A stretch of DNA of 64,000 bases from an uncultured archaeon (GCA_964486025.1 CAZAKL010000002.1:2312-66311); one strand, 5' to 3'; numbered from the stretch's first letter, positions 46,241 to 57,057 are shown. Notes: generated by a model not told the origin, from the sequence alone. A program made the numbers and translations.

Positions 46241-46880
46241 GAAGCTGGATCCATTTTACTGGTTTGACCGCTTTTGGTTTCGCTTCGTCGGCAAACCCTC
46301 CACCACAGGCGAGAAGGTAGTGTACCACGCCGCAGAAGTGTTCTATGCGGTCATAGTTGCGTATGTCATTTACATGCTTCTTGGAGTTCTCTTCAACACG
46401 CCCAAGCCCGCTGTCATCGTCGCGTCCCAGTCCATGGTTCCGACGCTGCAGGTGGGGGATATAGTCCTCGTCCGCGGTGGCGATATCTCTGCACCCACCG
46501 TGGAGGTAAACGTCCCCCTCTACGGAAAACCCCTTGCCGAGACGCCCATCCACCTCATTCACAGGGGAGTTGCAATAGCGGGCTTCGAGGTGGACGGAAA
46601 CTACGTCCCCCTCGAGCGTAACGGCGATATCATCGTGTACTACAACGATATATACCACGTTGACATCGTTCACCGCGCAGTTCTGAAAATAATAGCTCCT
46701 GACGGCGTTTTCTTCCTGACGAAGGGAGACAACGACGCAACGAACCCCACAATTGACCAGGACTGTGAGTTGGGAAAATGCATATACCTTTACCCTATTC
46801 CCGAGCAGCAGGTTTATGGCAAGGTCTTCTTCAGAATACCCCGCATCGGTATTATCAAGCTATGGCTCTTCGGCAGGTAA
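46218..46880 (+). CDS. signal peptidase I (Sec11/S26B type)
   Basis: SQSMVPTL.VGD, IVHR, TKGDN. Confidence 0.9.
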   Translation: MSLVGVLEKLDPFYWFDRFWFRFVGKPSTTGEKVVYHAAEVFYAVIVAYVIYMLLGVLFNTPKPAVIVASQSMVPTLQVGDIVLVRGGDISAPTVEVNVPLYGKPLAETPIHLIHRGVAIAGFEVDGNYVPLERNGDIIVYYNDIYHVDIVHRAVLKIIAPDGVFFLTKGDNDATNPTIDQDCELGKCIYLYPIPEQQVYGKVFFRIPRIGIIKLWLFGR

Positions 46881-46892
46881 AAAGAGAGGGAG

Positions 46893-48431
46893 TTACTCCC
46901 TCCTGCCTACTGTGTACCTGATTATCTCTGCGAATGCCGGACGGGTTATGGTTATGCCCACGAGGATTCCCACTATCGTTGTGAGGGCGAATCCCGTGAG
47001 TGCCGGTATGTTGGAGAAGAACACCGGTATCATGGAGAACCCCAGTGCCCCTGCCGTTGCGAAGACGATGAAGAACGCATTGCGTATTCTCTTCAGTATG
47101 CCGCGCTCCTTCTTGCTCTCCTCTCCGGTCTTTCCGTGCAGAATCTCATCGGTTATGACTATCTGGTCGTCCACGCCGGTACCTGTTGATGCTATCATGC
47201 CAATCATTGACGCCACGTCTATCTTCCAGTTTATGAGCGCCGCGAAGCCAAATATCAGCAGTATCTCGGAGAAAATCGTCAGTATAATGGGTCCCGAAAT
47301 CTTCCAGACACGGTAGCGCCAGGCGATGTATAGAGACACGGCAATCATTGACGCAAACATCGCTGCGAGGAACGTCCAGAACGCGTACTGCCCGTATGTT
47401 GACGGGACACTCTGCTCGGACTCGAGGCGTATGCCTGCAGGCAGAGCACCTGAGCGCAGGATTATGGACAGTTCCTCAACTCTCTGCTCTGCCTCTTTCC
47501 TGTTCTTTGCCCAGCCGGTTATGAGAAGCGTGTTCGTTGCGTGCTCCGGGTCCGTGTTGGTGACGCTCGGCGTGAGCCGGACGATGGAGCGGAGGTTCGT
47601 CGCCCTCCATACCCAGGACATGCCCTCCTCAGGTGGAACGACGCGGTAGGGTATGTTGTGCTCCTCCAGGAAGGGGATAAAGCGGTTGTCCTCCGGGTGG
47701 AGTATGACGAGGGGTGCGTTGAGCTCGAGTATATTATCTATGTCGAAGTTCTCGTCCGTTACGAACGCACGGACCCCGGCATTTGTTATGAACTCGCTGA
47801 GGGGAATGTCCCTCTCGGGAGCGTCAAGCGCGGGGAGCGATGAGAGCATGTTTTCCTCTTCGGCCACATCTGGCGGTATGAGGAGGATTGCGTTGACAGG
47901 GCGGTCAATGTACATGAACGTATATTTGCAGTTGCCTGCAGCGTCGCACTTGCCGTGGACACCCGTGTAAAAGTCTTTCACGCCCTCTGGGGAGAGAACG
48001 AATGGCAGCTGCCATTTATAGCCCTGTGTGAGCGGTGTGTATGTGGCAGGCTTGACTGCGACTATTTCGTCTCCGGTGAGAACGACGTTTCCATCAACCA
48101 CCGTTTCGAACTTTCCCTGACGGAGGATTGACTCCTTCATGTATTCGATTTCCCTCGGGTCAGAGGTGGACAGCTCGACAAAGACGTACTGGTCTCCCCA
48201 GCCCCGTACGTCAACGCTCGCAAGGCCGGTCCAGTTCACACGCTGAGATATTATCTGCACGGCCTGCTGCATCTCGTCAGGGGTGAGCGGGCGGTCGAAG
48301 CGGAATATGAGGACAGTTCCGCCGCTGAAGTCCACACCGAGCTGGATGCCCTTCACTGCTATGATTACGACTGAGAGTAGGAGTGCGCCTATGAGTACCC
48401 TTACCTTCCAGTTCTTAAGCAGAGGATGCAT
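46893..48431 (-). CDS. secD: protein translocase subunit SecD
   Basis: LGVDFSGG, LRSGALP, GTGVDDQIVITDE, ITRPAF. Confidence 0.9.
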   Translation of the reverse strand: MHPLLKNWKVRVLIGALLLSVVIIAVKGIQLGVDFSGGTVLIFRFDRPLTPDEMQQAVQIISQRVNWTGLASVDVRGWGDQYVFVELSTSDPREIEYMKESILRQGKFETVVDGNVVLTGDEIVAVKPATYTPLTQGYKWQLPFVLSPEGVKDFYTGVHGKCDAAGNCKYTFMYIDRPVNAILLIPPDVAEEENMLSSLPALDAPERDIPLSEFITNAGVRAFVTDENFDIDNILELNAPLVILHPEDNRFIPFLEEHNIPYRVVPPEEGMSWVWRATNLRSIVRLTPSVTNTDPEHATNTLLITGWAKNRKEAEQRVEELSIILRSGALPAGIRLESEQSVPSTYGQYAFWTFLAAMFASMIAVSLYIAWRYRVWKISGPIILTIFSEILLIFGFAALINWKIDVASMIGMIASTGTGVDDQIVITDEILHGKTGEESKKERGILKRIRNAFFIVFATAGALGFSMIPVFFSNIPALTGFALTTIVGILVGITITRPAFAEIIRYTVGRRE

Positions 48432-49518
48432 GCTTTCTCACCCACGCTATCATTACAGGAGCGTTGAAGAGCCATGTTATGATTACGTCCGACAGAACAC
48501 CGAATATCATAACGGAACCGACGCGTATGACGTCGGGGTTTCTCGTGAGGTATCCCACGCCGAGGATGAATAGCATTGAGACAAGGGTCGTTCCGCTCAT
48601 GTGGAGGCCCGTGTCTGCTGCACGCCCCGCGCGCTCGTACTCGTCACCCTCTTCCTTGCCTCGCTTGAGCAGGTGTGTCGAAAGGACAATGTCCGTGTCT
48701 ATGGAGTATCCGACCATCATGAGGAGAATCGTCATTGTCTGGAGCGTGAGGGGGACGTGGAAGAGTGCCATGAGCGCCAGCATGCCAAGCGCGTCGAAGA
48801 CTGCGGAACCGAGCATAATGATGGTCGGTGTGGCGTCGGCAGATGCCGTCATGAGGAGTAGTGTGTCGAGGAGGATGAGCGCGAGCGCTATGGCTGGCTG
48901 TCCCATGCCGCGACCGACGGCCGCCGCTATAATTATGTCAAGGAATATAACGCCGAAGACCTTCGCGAGCGAGAGCCTGCGGCGGAAAGCAACAAGGACG
49001 ACCATCTTGAGGAGCACGACTGCCCAGAGGAGCATGTTAAGGGCTAGGCCCCAGAATGTGCTGCCCAGTGTCGGGGCAACGTCGCGCACGACCATGTCTG
49101 ACGCGTCGGGCACCTCTTCCTTTATTATCTGGACAATCTTCCTCTTGAACTCCTCTGTCATGTTTGTGGCGTTTACGTCACCGGCGCTCAGGACCGCGGT
49201 GCCTGGAATGTTCGCCTCGCTGGCCACGCCTTCTGGATACACCGCCTCGACGAAGCCACCGTACCTGCCCGTTCCGGGTATGACCGTGGGGGTTACGCTC
49301 ACGTCGGAGACCCCGAGCTCGCTCCGTATGCGCTCCGCTATCTTGTCTGCGGGAACTGGCTGAGAAGATGAGAATGATACCATTACACCGCCGCGAAAGT
49401 CGATACCGTATGAAATCCCCGGATAAACGAACGCGAGGTACGCGAAGACGGCAAATGCAATGATGGGTATTATCAATATTTTCGTGCCATACTTCCTATA
49501 AGTCCCCGTCAGATTCAT
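48415..49518 (-). CDS. secF: protein translocase subunit SecF
   Basis: GIDFRGG, VAPTLG, VGYSIDTDIVL, D..TWLFNA. Confidence 0.9.
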   Translation of the reverse strand: MNLTGTYRKYGTKILIIPIIAFAVFAYLAFVYPGISYGIDFRGGVMVSFSSSQPVPADKIAERIRSELGVSDVSVTPTVIPGTGRYGGFVEAVYPEGVASEANIPGTAVLSAGDVNATNMTEEFKRKIVQIIKEEVPDASDMVVRDVAPTLGSTFWGLALNMLLWAVVLLKMVVLVAFRRRLSLAKVFGVIFLDIIIAAAVGRGMGQPAIALALILLDTLLLMTASADATPTIIMLGSAVFDALGMLALMALFHVPLTLQTMTILLMMVGYSIDTDIVLSTHLLKRGKEEGDEYERAGRAADTGLHMSGTTLVSMLFILGVGYLTRNPDVIRVGSVMIFGVLSDVIITWLFNAPVMIAWVRKHASSA

Positions 49519-49529
49519 GCTAACACCCG

Positions 49530-49763
49530 GTGATTGCGATGGATTGGCTCTTGATAGGACTCCTGCTAATAGTATTGGGAATGCTTTTTATTGCTATAGG
49601 TATTCTCCATGCAGCCGCTTCCGATGCCCATGTTGAGGGTGCGGCGGTTTTATTTATAGGTCCTATCCCCATAGTGTTGGGTACGAGCCGACGCGCAGTT
49701 ATGGCAGCGCTTCTAATGGCTGTAACAATGCTGATACTGGTGATTTTATGGTTAAGACCGTAG
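49530..49763 (+). CDS. DUF131 (TIGR00304-like) membrane protein
   Basis: GAAVLFIGPIPIVLGT motif. Confidence 0.85.
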   Translation: MIAMDWLLIGLLLIVLGMLFIAIGILHAAASDAHVEGAAVLFIGPIPIVLGTSRRAVMAALLMAVTMLILVILWLRP

Positions 49764-50719
49764 ATGCGATTTACGGAACGGTGGTGCGGAAGACGAACAA
49801 GTATATGGGGACGGTGAAGCTTCCCGGGCCCTTCTCTGTCGATAAGGCGAGGAAACTGGAGCATATTCGCATAAAGACGTATGATAGATACTTTGCAGAG
49901 GAACTCCGCTCCATTCCAAAGCGTTTCCCCGATTTGAATCGCCTCAACGAGTTTCAGAGGGCGCTTCTTGAAGCGTATGCTCCCATAGATAGAATACGCG
50001 AGGAAATCGGCCGCATACGGGCGATAATGAAGATACTTGCATCTATACGCGACGACGCCCTCTTCCGCATAACCCGTGCTCGAAATGTCTCCGAGCTGAA
50101 GAAAATACGGAGAATGTACCTTGGACGTGTCTGGGATGTCCTGCACAAGAACAAGAAGAGCTTTGACTTCCTGCGGAAGCTATATCGGACCATCCGCCGC
50201 TTTCCAAAGGTTGACCCGAGAAAGAAAACGGTTGTTCTCGCCGGTTTTCCCAACGCCGGTAAATCCACCCTTCTCCGCGCGCTTACTGGCTCAGAACCTG
50301 AGATTGCGCCCTATCCCTTCACGACGCAGGACATACGCATAGGCCACTTCGAGCACCGCTGGGAAAAGATACAGGTGATTGACACCCCCGGCCTCCTTGA
50401 CCGCCCGGTGGATGAGATGAATCCCGTGGAGCTGAAGGCCGTGGCCGCACTTCAGCACCTTGCAGATGTCATAGTCTTCCTTTACGACCCCCTCCAGGAT
50501 AGGGATATGCAAAGGGATTTATTAACTAAGGTTAAGCATCTTATTCGGGCACCCGTTATAACCGTGGTGAACAAAGGGGACTTGGTGGAGGACCCCGGCG
50601 CCGTTAGGGAATCGTTTGGCGCCGATATGGTCATTTCCGCGCAGACCGGCGCAGGGGTCGATGAACTGAGGGCAAAAATCCTTGAAAAGTTGGGGTGGTC
50701 TCATGGACGCCGAGATTGA
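49748..50719 (+). CDS. NOG1-like GTPase (Obg superfamily)
   Basis: GFPNAGKS, YPFTT, DTPGLLDRP, NKGD, ISA. Confidence 0.92.
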   Translation: MVKTVDAIYGTVVRKTNKYMGTVKLPGPFSVDKARKLEHIRIKTYDRYFAEELRSIPKRFPDLNRLNEFQRALLEAYAPIDRIREEIGRIRAIMKILASIRDDALFRITRARNVSELKKIRRMYLGRVWDVLHKNKKSFDFLRKLYRTIRRFPKVDPRKKTVVLAGFPNAGKSTLLRALTGSEPEIAPYPFTTQDIRIGHFEHRWEKIQVIDTPGLLDRPVDEMNPVELKAVAALQHLADVIVFLYDPLQDRDMQRDLLTKVKHLIRAPVITVVNKGDLVEDPGAVRESFGADMVISAQTGAGVDELRAKILEKLGWSHGRRD

Positions 50720-50966
50720 AGCGATTGTGCAAATTATGGACGATATTATAAATGATACATCTGTCCCGCGGAACATCCGCCGCTCCGTGGCGCAGGCGAA
50801 GGAACTCGTTCTCAAAAAGGAGGGCGACCCTGTTGTCAATATCACCGAGGCGATATACCTGCTCGATGAGGCGAGCAACGACATAAACATGCCCATGCAC
50901 ACCAGAACGCAGGTCTGGCAGATTATGGGCGCTCTGGAGAGTTACAGGGAGAAGATTAAGGGTTAA
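50703..50966 (+). CDS. UPF0147 protein
   Basis: DTSVPRNIR, LDEASND.NMP.HTRT.VW. Confidence 0.9.
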   Translation: MDAEIEAIVQIMDDIINDTSVPRNIRRSVAQAKELVLKKEGDPVVNITEAIYLLDEASNDINMPMHTRTQVWQIMGALESYREKIKG

Positions 50967-51030
50967 TTTTTACATATTCTTTTCCGGTTACAATGCCCCT
51001 TTTTTACTTCAACGTTGCAGCGTATTATAG

Positions 51031-52596
51031 ATGGATGTTACGGCGGGTCAGCGAGACGAAATTCTCAGTTACGTGCTTTCCAAGAAGGTTATAATCACTC
51101 CGGAGGCGCTGGCAGCTCTCTCGACCCGCGCAGACTATAGAGAAATTGTTGATTCCATTGTTTCCCGCGGCGTTTTCGTCATAGATGCCGACCTCGTGCG
51201 TTCCGAGATTCTTGCCCGCGAACCGGGCGAGAAGGTAGAAGAGGAGATTACAGAGGAAAATGAGGCTGCGGAGCAGCAGGAAGAGCGAAAGGAGGTTGTA
51301 GTTGAAAAAACAAGCTTCAAACCCCTTGCAAAGGAGTATGATGGACGAATAAGGGTATTTGACGAGTTCGACGTTACTGGAAAGTCATACTGTGAGGGGA
51401 CCGTTGAAGACTTTGTTCGCTATTTCAGGGACCGCTTTGAGCGGCTGGCAAGCATACTGAAGAGGCGCCCCAGTCTGAACCTGAAGCCCCTCTCCCGCCT
51501 GCCGCGGCTTGCGGGGGAGGAAGTGGATATTCTCGCAATGGTTTACGACATTCGAGAAAGCAGAAAGGGCAACCTTATCGCCACGGTTGAGGATTTGGAT
51601 GATTATGCAACCGTTGTGATTCCCAAGAATGACAAGAAGCTCGCTGCGAAGGCGGAATCGCTACTACCGGATGATGTCGTTGTTCTCCGCGGACGAGTAT
51701 CATCCAACGGAATGCTCATTGTCCATGACATCTTCTGGCCAGACGTTTCTGAGCACACCCCCCACTACGCTGACGTCCCCCTCTCCGTTGCCATAACCTC
51801 CGACTGGCACGTTGGTAGCCGCCTGCACGTGGAGAAAGCAGTAAAGCGCTTTATTGACTGGCTGCACGGACGTGTTGGCAATGAGAAATCCCGTGAGCTT
51901 GCGGGAACGGTGAAGTATATCATAGTAAACGGGGATGTCGTTGACGGTGTCGGCGTGTACCCTCAACAGATAGACGAGCTTGCAATAAAGGATATATACA
52001 AACAGTACGATGCCTTCGCCAAGTACCTTGACGAGATACCCGACTACATAGAGGTCATCATTGGACCGGGCAACCACGATGCTGTTCGTCGTCTCGAGCC
52101 CCAGCCAGCCCTTTCGAAGGATATCGCCGCGCCGCTCTACGAGAGGGACAACGTCACGCTCGTTGGCTCCCCGTCCTACTTCTCCCTTGAGGGTGTGGAG
52201 TTCCTGACGTACCACGGGACATCCATGGATGACACAATATCCAGAATCCCATACCTTGACTACACGGAGCCGCAGGAGGCTTTGAAGGAGTATTTGAAGC
52301 ACCGGGTGCTTGCCATCCAGTACGGGCTGAAGAATCCACTCGTTCCTGAGAAGAGGGACTACATGGTCATAGAGCGCGTTCCCGACGTGCTCACGGCGGG
52401 CCACGTACACAAGAACGGCTATGGACGGTACAAGGATGTGGAGCTTGTCGTTTCCGGCACCTTCCAGGAGCAGACACCCTTCCAGTTGGAGCACGGCCAC
52501 GTTCCGACACCGGGAGTGATTCCCATCATGGATTTAAGCACACACAAGGTCCACGAGATTATAACGTACAGGGGGAACGGCAATGGAAAGGCCTGA
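51031..52596 (+). CDS. polB: DNA polymerase D small subunit DP1
   Basis: OB domain; SDWHVGS, GDVVDGVGVYP.Q, PGNHD, YHG, GHVH calcineurin-like motifs. Confidence 0.94.
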   Translation: MDVTAGQRDEILSYVLSKKVIITPEALAALSTRADYREIVDSIVSRGVFVIDADLVRSEILAREPGEKVEEEITEENEAAEQQEERKEVVVEKTSFKPLAKEYDGRIRVFDEFDVTGKSYCEGTVEDFVRYFRDRFERLASILKRRPSLNLKPLSRLPRLAGEEVDILAMVYDIRESRKGNLIATVEDLDDYATVVIPKNDKKLAAKAESLLPDDVVVLRGRVSSNGMLIVHDIFWPDVSEHTPHYADVPLSVAITSDWHVGSRLHVEKAVKRFIDWLHGRVGNEKSRELAGTVKYIIVNGDVVDGVGVYPQQIDELAIKDIYKQYDAFAKYLDEIPDYIEVIIGPGNHDAVRRLEPQPALSKDIAAPLYERDNVTLVGSPSYFSLEGVEFLTYHGTSMDDTISRIPYLDYTEPQEALKEYLKHRVLAIQYGLKNPLVPEKRDYMVIERVPDVLTAGHVHKNGYGRYKDVELVVSGTFQEQTPFQLEHGHVPTPGVIPIMDLSTHKVHEIITYRGNGNGKA

Positions 52597-55500
52597 CTAC
52601 AGCCACATCCCTATTGGCCGCCCGGAGATAAAGGAGTACTTCGACCGCCTCATAGACAAGGCAATGCGTGAATGGGAGATAGCGGAGCGTGCCCGTGCCC
52701 TTGGACTCGACCCCACGGATGAGGTGGAGGTGAAGCCTGCCGTCCGCATGTCCGAGCGTGCAGAGGCCCTTCTTGGCGTTCCAGGTCTTGCCAAGCGGTA
52801 TGAGGAGCTCGTGGCCGAAATCGGAGACAAGTTCATGACCTCCGTTCGTCTCATGGAGGAAATCGTGGACGGGAAGCTTGGCTCTTTCTCTTCCCTCGAC
52901 GAGCGTTTGGAGTACGCGTTGAAGGCGGCTCTCCTCATATACACTGATGCGGTCGTGGTCGCCCCCATAGAGGGCATTACGGACGTCAAGGTGCTTGAAA
53001 ACGCAGACGGGAGTAGATACATATCGGTCGGCTTCGCGGGACCCATTCGCTCGGCCGGCGGTACCGCTGCTGCCCTCGCCCTTGTTCTTGCAGATTACCT
53101 GCGCCGGAAGGTCGGTCTGGACAGGTGGAAACCCACCGAGAAGGAAAAGGTAAGATGGGTGGAGGAAACATCATTATACTTCCGTGTTTACTCCCGTCAG
53201 TACCGTCCTTCCAAGGGGGAGCTCGAAATAGTCTACGATAATATACCTGTCCGCCCGGACGGTGAGCCAACAGAGGACTTCGAAGTTTCTGCCAACCGCG
53301 ACATGCCCGGGCTGCCGAACCGCGTTCGTGGAGGTCTTGCCATAGCGGTCGGTGAGTCCCTCCTCCTCAAGGCGAAAAAGATAGCGAAGATTGCCAAGAA
53401 GCTCGGTCTGGACTGGGACTGGGTTCTCGAGGCGAAGAAGCACCACAAGGCGGAGGGGGGCGGTTCATCCCTTGCAGTGTATCTCGAAGGTCTCGTGGCG
53501 GGCAGGCCCGTTTTCTCCTATCCCGGACGCTGGGGCGGGTTCCGTGTTCGTTACGGGCGCGCCAGGAACGTAGGCGTCATGGCCTCCGGTGTTCACCCTG
53601 CCACCATGGTACTTACGGGCGAGTTCATAGCGACGGGAACTCAGCTGAAGCGGGAACTTCCCGGAAAGGCGATGGGCGCCGTTCCTGTTGATGGTATAGA
53701 GGGGCCCATCGTCCTCCTTGATAATGGAGACGTAATCAAGGTCGAGGACGTCGAAACGGCGTACAGAATCCGGGACCGCGTGAAAAAGATTCTTTTCCTC
53801 GGAGACGCACTCATTGCGTACGGTGACTTCCGCAAGGCAGGGGAAAAGCTCGTTCCCTCTGGCTACGTCGAGGAGTGGTGGGCCCGCGAGCTTGAGCGGA
53901 AGATAGAAAACGGCGAGGCACCTCAGGAGTTCAGGAAGTACGTGGATAATCCATTCAACGTCGGCCCCTACGAGGCCGTTAAGATTTCACAGAAGGCGGG
54001 CGTGCCATTGCACCCCAAGTACATTCATTACTATCGCATCCTGTCGGAGGAAGACGCAGAAAGGATTATATCCGCTGTGAAGCGGGCGGAGGTGCAAAGG
54101 AGCGACGGCAAGATTGTTGAGGCGCACCTTGAGCCGTCCGTAAAAGAGCTCTTGGAAAACTGTGGTGTCCCCCACATATTCAGGGATGGAAGGATTGTCC
54201 TCACAGAGCCATACGTTTATCCCTTCCTTCTCACCTTTGGCTTCTTCAACCCCTCTGCCCTTCAGGACTTTGAACGCGCGGAGGGCGATGTTCTGGCAAA
54301 ACTTTCCAGGATATCCGGCGTTGAGATACGTGACAAGGCGGGGACGTTTATAGGTGTGCGTATGGCCCGCCCTGAGGCCGCAAAACCGCGTAAGATGAGC
54401 CCTCCGCCCCACGGCCTGTTCCCCGTCGGCAATGCAGGTGGCTCCCAGCGTCTCATAAACAAGGCTGCCCACGAGATGCCGGAGGTGGAGGTTGCAGCGT
54501 ACTACTGCCCGCGCTGTGATAGGTTCGTTCCATACAGACGCTGTCCATTCTGCGGGGAAAGGACGGTGCAGAAGAGATGGTGCCCCAAGTGTGGGCGGGT
54601 GGCGGAGGCGGACGAGGACATCTGCAGGAACTGCGGTGCGAAGACAAAGCCGTACATGCTGATGAAGTTTCCAGTGGGGGATTTGCTCAGGGCAGCCATG
54701 GAGAACATTGGCATGCCGCGCCCCCCCGAGACAATAAAGGGAGTCATAGGCATCACGAACCCCACGCGCACGCCCGAGCGGCTTGAGAAGGCGCTTCTCC
54801 GTGCGAAGCATGACGTTTACGTGTTCAAGGATGGAACAATCCGTGTTGACCTGTCCAACCTTCCGCTCACGCACTTCCGCCCCTTTGAGATAGGCGTATC
54901 TGTCAAGAAGCTGAGGGAGCTCGGGTACACGAAGGATATATATGGAAACCCCCTCGAGCGGGATGACCAGATTGTTGAGCTATTCCCCTCCGACGTTATC
55001 ATCTCGGATAAGGTGGCAGACTATCTGGTCCGCGCCTGCCAGTTTGTGGATGACCTTCTCGTTAGCTTCTACCACCTGCCGCCGTACTACAACGTCAGGA
55101 AAAAGGAGGACCTTGCAGGCGTTCTCGTCATAGGCCTTGCTCCGCACACATCTGCAGGCATTCTCGGGCGGATAATTGGGTTTACGCGGGCGCACGCGCA
55201 GTACTGCCACCCATACTACATGCTTGCAAGGAGGAGAAACGCGGACGGTGATGAGGACGCGTACATACTTCTTCTTGATGCGCTCCTCAACTTCTCCGTG
55301 GAGTATCTGCCCGAAAAGCGCGGTGGAAAGATGGACGCACCCCTTGTCGTCACGGTTATCCTCAACCCCGCGGAGGTGGACGACGAGGTATTCGAGATGG
55401 AGTATGACGCAAGGTATCCCCTGGAGTTCTACGAGGCCACGTTACAGAGGAAGGATGCGGGGGAGGTGGACCTCCCCATTGTGGACAAGATTGTTGGCAC

Positions 55501-55990
55501 GCCCGAGCAGTTCCGTGAGTTTGTTTTCTCCCACCATACGAGCCGCTTCGATGCAGGTCCCGAGCACACAGCGTACTCGCGTCTGAATAACATGATTGAG
55601 AAGATAGAGACGCAGTTAGAGGTGCAGAGTAAAATAGCGGCAGTGGATAACGCCGACGCTGCCGAGAGAGTCCTCGTTTATCACTTCCTCAAGGACATCA
55701 TGGGGAACGCCCGCGCATTTGGCCGCCAGGAGTTCCGCTGCGTTAAGTGCAATGCAAAGTACAGGCGTGTCCCGCTCCGCGGTGTATGCAGGAAATGTGG
55801 TGGCCGCCTCGTCCTCACAGTTTCACGCGGTAGCGTTGAGAAGTATCTTGAGGTTTCCAAGCACGTGGTGGAGCGTTACGGTCTGACGGATTACACGAAG
55901 CAGCGTTTACTCATCTTGGAGAAGGAAATAAAGTCTGTCTTTGAGAGTGAGGGCAAGGAACAGAAGACGCTGGCTGATTTCTGGGCATGA
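52583..55990 (+). CDS. polC: DNA polymerase D large subunit DP2 (no intein)
   Basis: FAGPIRSAGGT, GGFRVRYGR.RN, VFKDGTIR, GLAPHTSAG, RNADGDED, zinc fingers, C-terminal PIP box QKTLADFW. Confidence 0.96.
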   Translation: MERPDYSHIPIGRPEIKEYFDRLIDKAMREWEIAERARALGLDPTDEVEVKPAVRMSERAEALLGVPGLAKRYEELVAEIGDKFMTSVRLMEEIVDGKLGSFSSLDERLEYALKAALLIYTDAVVVAPIEGITDVKVLENADGSRYISVGFAGPIRSAGGTAAALALVLADYLRRKVGLDRWKPTEKEKVRWVEETSLYFRVYSRQYRPSKGELEIVYDNIPVRPDGEPTEDFEVSANRDMPGLPNRVRGGLAIAVGESLLLKAKKIAKIAKKLGLDWDWVLEAKKHHKAEGGGSSLAVYLEGLVAGRPVFSYPGRWGGFRVRYGRARNVGVMASGVHPATMVLTGEFIATGTQLKRELPGKAMGAVPVDGIEGPIVLLDNGDVIKVEDVETAYRIRDRVKKILFLGDALIAYGDFRKAGEKLVPSGYVEEWWARELERKIENGEAPQEFRKYVDNPFNVGPYEAVKISQKAGVPLHPKYIHYYRILSEEDAERIISAVKRAEVQRSDGKIVEAHLEPSVKELLENCGVPHIFRDGRIVLTEPYVYPFLLTFGFFNPSALQDFERAEGDVLAKLSRISGVEIRDKAGTFIGVRMARPEAAKPRKMSPPPHGLFPVGNAGGSQRLINKAAHEMPEVEVAAYYCPRCDRFVPYRRCPFCGERTVQKRWCPKCGRVAEADEDICRNCGAKTKPYMLMKFPVGDLLRAAMENIGMPRPPETIKGVIGITNPTRTPERLEKALLRAKHDVYVFKDGTIRVDLSNLPLTHFRPFEIGVSVKKLRELGYTKDIYGNPLERDDQIVELFPSDVIISDKVADYLVRACQFVDDLLVSFYHLPPYYNVRKKEDLAGVLVIGLAPHTSAGILGRIIGFTRAHAQYCHPYYMLARRRNADGDEDAYILLLDALLNFSVEYLPEKRGGKMDAPLVVTVILNPAEVDDEVFEMEYDARYPLEFYEATLQRKDAGEVDLPIVDKIVGTPEQFREFVFSHHTSRFDAGPEHTAYSRLNNMIEKIETQLEVQSKIAAVDNADAAERVLVYHFLKDIMGNARAFGRQEFRCVKCNAKYRRVPLRGVCRKCGGRLVLTVSRGSVEKYLEVSKHVVERYGLTDYTKQRLLILEKEIKSVFESEGKEQKTLADFWA

Positions 55991-56049
55991 TTCTCGGCAA
56001 TCGTCGGCGAGCGTAACCCCTTATTAAATTCATTTCTCCTTATTCTGCC

Positions 56050-57057
56050 GTGAATCAGAGAGAGATAGACCTTCCTGCCCGCATCGTTACGCGCCCCGGT
56101 ATCGTATCCGAGCTGAATGACTATTTGCTTTCCCTCGGCTTTGAGCAGCCCCTTTACGTGGTTAACCATTTTACAAGGGAGCAGTTTCTTCCAGAGGGCG
56201 CGGAGTACTTCGATGCTGTTGAGGCTACAATGCAATACGCGGAGGCAGCCGTTAGGGCGTCAGAGGGACATGACGTCGTTGTGGGGCTCGGTGGCGGGAA
56301 GAACATAGACATTGCCAAGTTTGTGGGCTGGAGGAGGAACATCCCCGTCGTGTCTGTTCCCACCATTCCCTCGCACGATGGCATCGCGTCCCCCATGATT
56401 TCCCTTTCTGACTCGGGCAAACCGTATTCCCAGTACTTCCGGCCGCCCCACTACGTGCTTATAGACCCAGATGTTCTCGTCAACGCTCCCGACGTGTTTG
56501 TTCAGTCGGGTTTTGGGGACGTTATAGGGAAGTACACATCTGTTTACGACTGGTGGCTGGCGCACGTGGACGTGGGTGAGTATTTCGGGGATTACTCCGC
56601 CTCTCTCGCCCGCCTCACTTTCAAGCACGTCGTTAGATTCAGACGGGCCATTGCGCGGAAAACGTACGAGGGTATAAATGTCCTCATGGAGGCGCTGGTA
56701 ACGAACGGCATAGTTATGGGTATTCAGCACTCGTCACGTCCCGCCTCTGGCTCGGAGCACCTTATATCCCATGCTCTCGACTATTTGCGCGGGCGCAAGG
56801 GTCCCCACGGCCTTCAGGTCGGTGTGGGCACCATCATTGCCGCGTACTTTCAGGGCAGGGACTGGGAGAGGATAAGGAAGTATTTGGAGGATATCGGTGC
56901 GCCGACGACTGCCGAAGCCCTTGGAATTCCGGAGGAGATGATGATAAGGGCTGTCGCCATTGCCCGGACGTTGAGGGACAGATATACCATTCTTCACCGT
57001 CTCAAGGTGGATGAGAAAATGGCAGAGAACGCTCTTCGCGCTACAGGGGTGATTTGA
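56050..57057 (+). CDS. egsA: sn-glycerol-1-phosphate dehydrogenase
   Basis: GLGGGKNIDIAK, PTIPSHDGIASP, SSRPASGSEHLISHALD, HGLQVG. Confidence 0.93.
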   Translation: MNQREIDLPARIVTRPGIVSELNDYLLSLGFEQPLYVVNHFTREQFLPEGAEYFDAVEATMQYAEAAVRASEGHDVVVGLGGGKNIDIAKFVGWRRNIPVVSVPTIPSHDGIASPMISLSDSGKPYSQYFRPPHYVLIDPDVLVNAPDVFVQSGFGDVIGKYTSVYDWWLAHVDVGEYFGDYSASLARLTFKHVVRFRRAIARKTYEGINVLMEALVTNGIVMGIQHSSRPASGSEHLISHALDYLRGRKGPHGLQVGVGTIIAAYFQGRDWERIRKYLEDIGAPTTAEALGIPEEMMIRAVAIARTLRDRYTILHRLKVDEKMAENALRATGVI

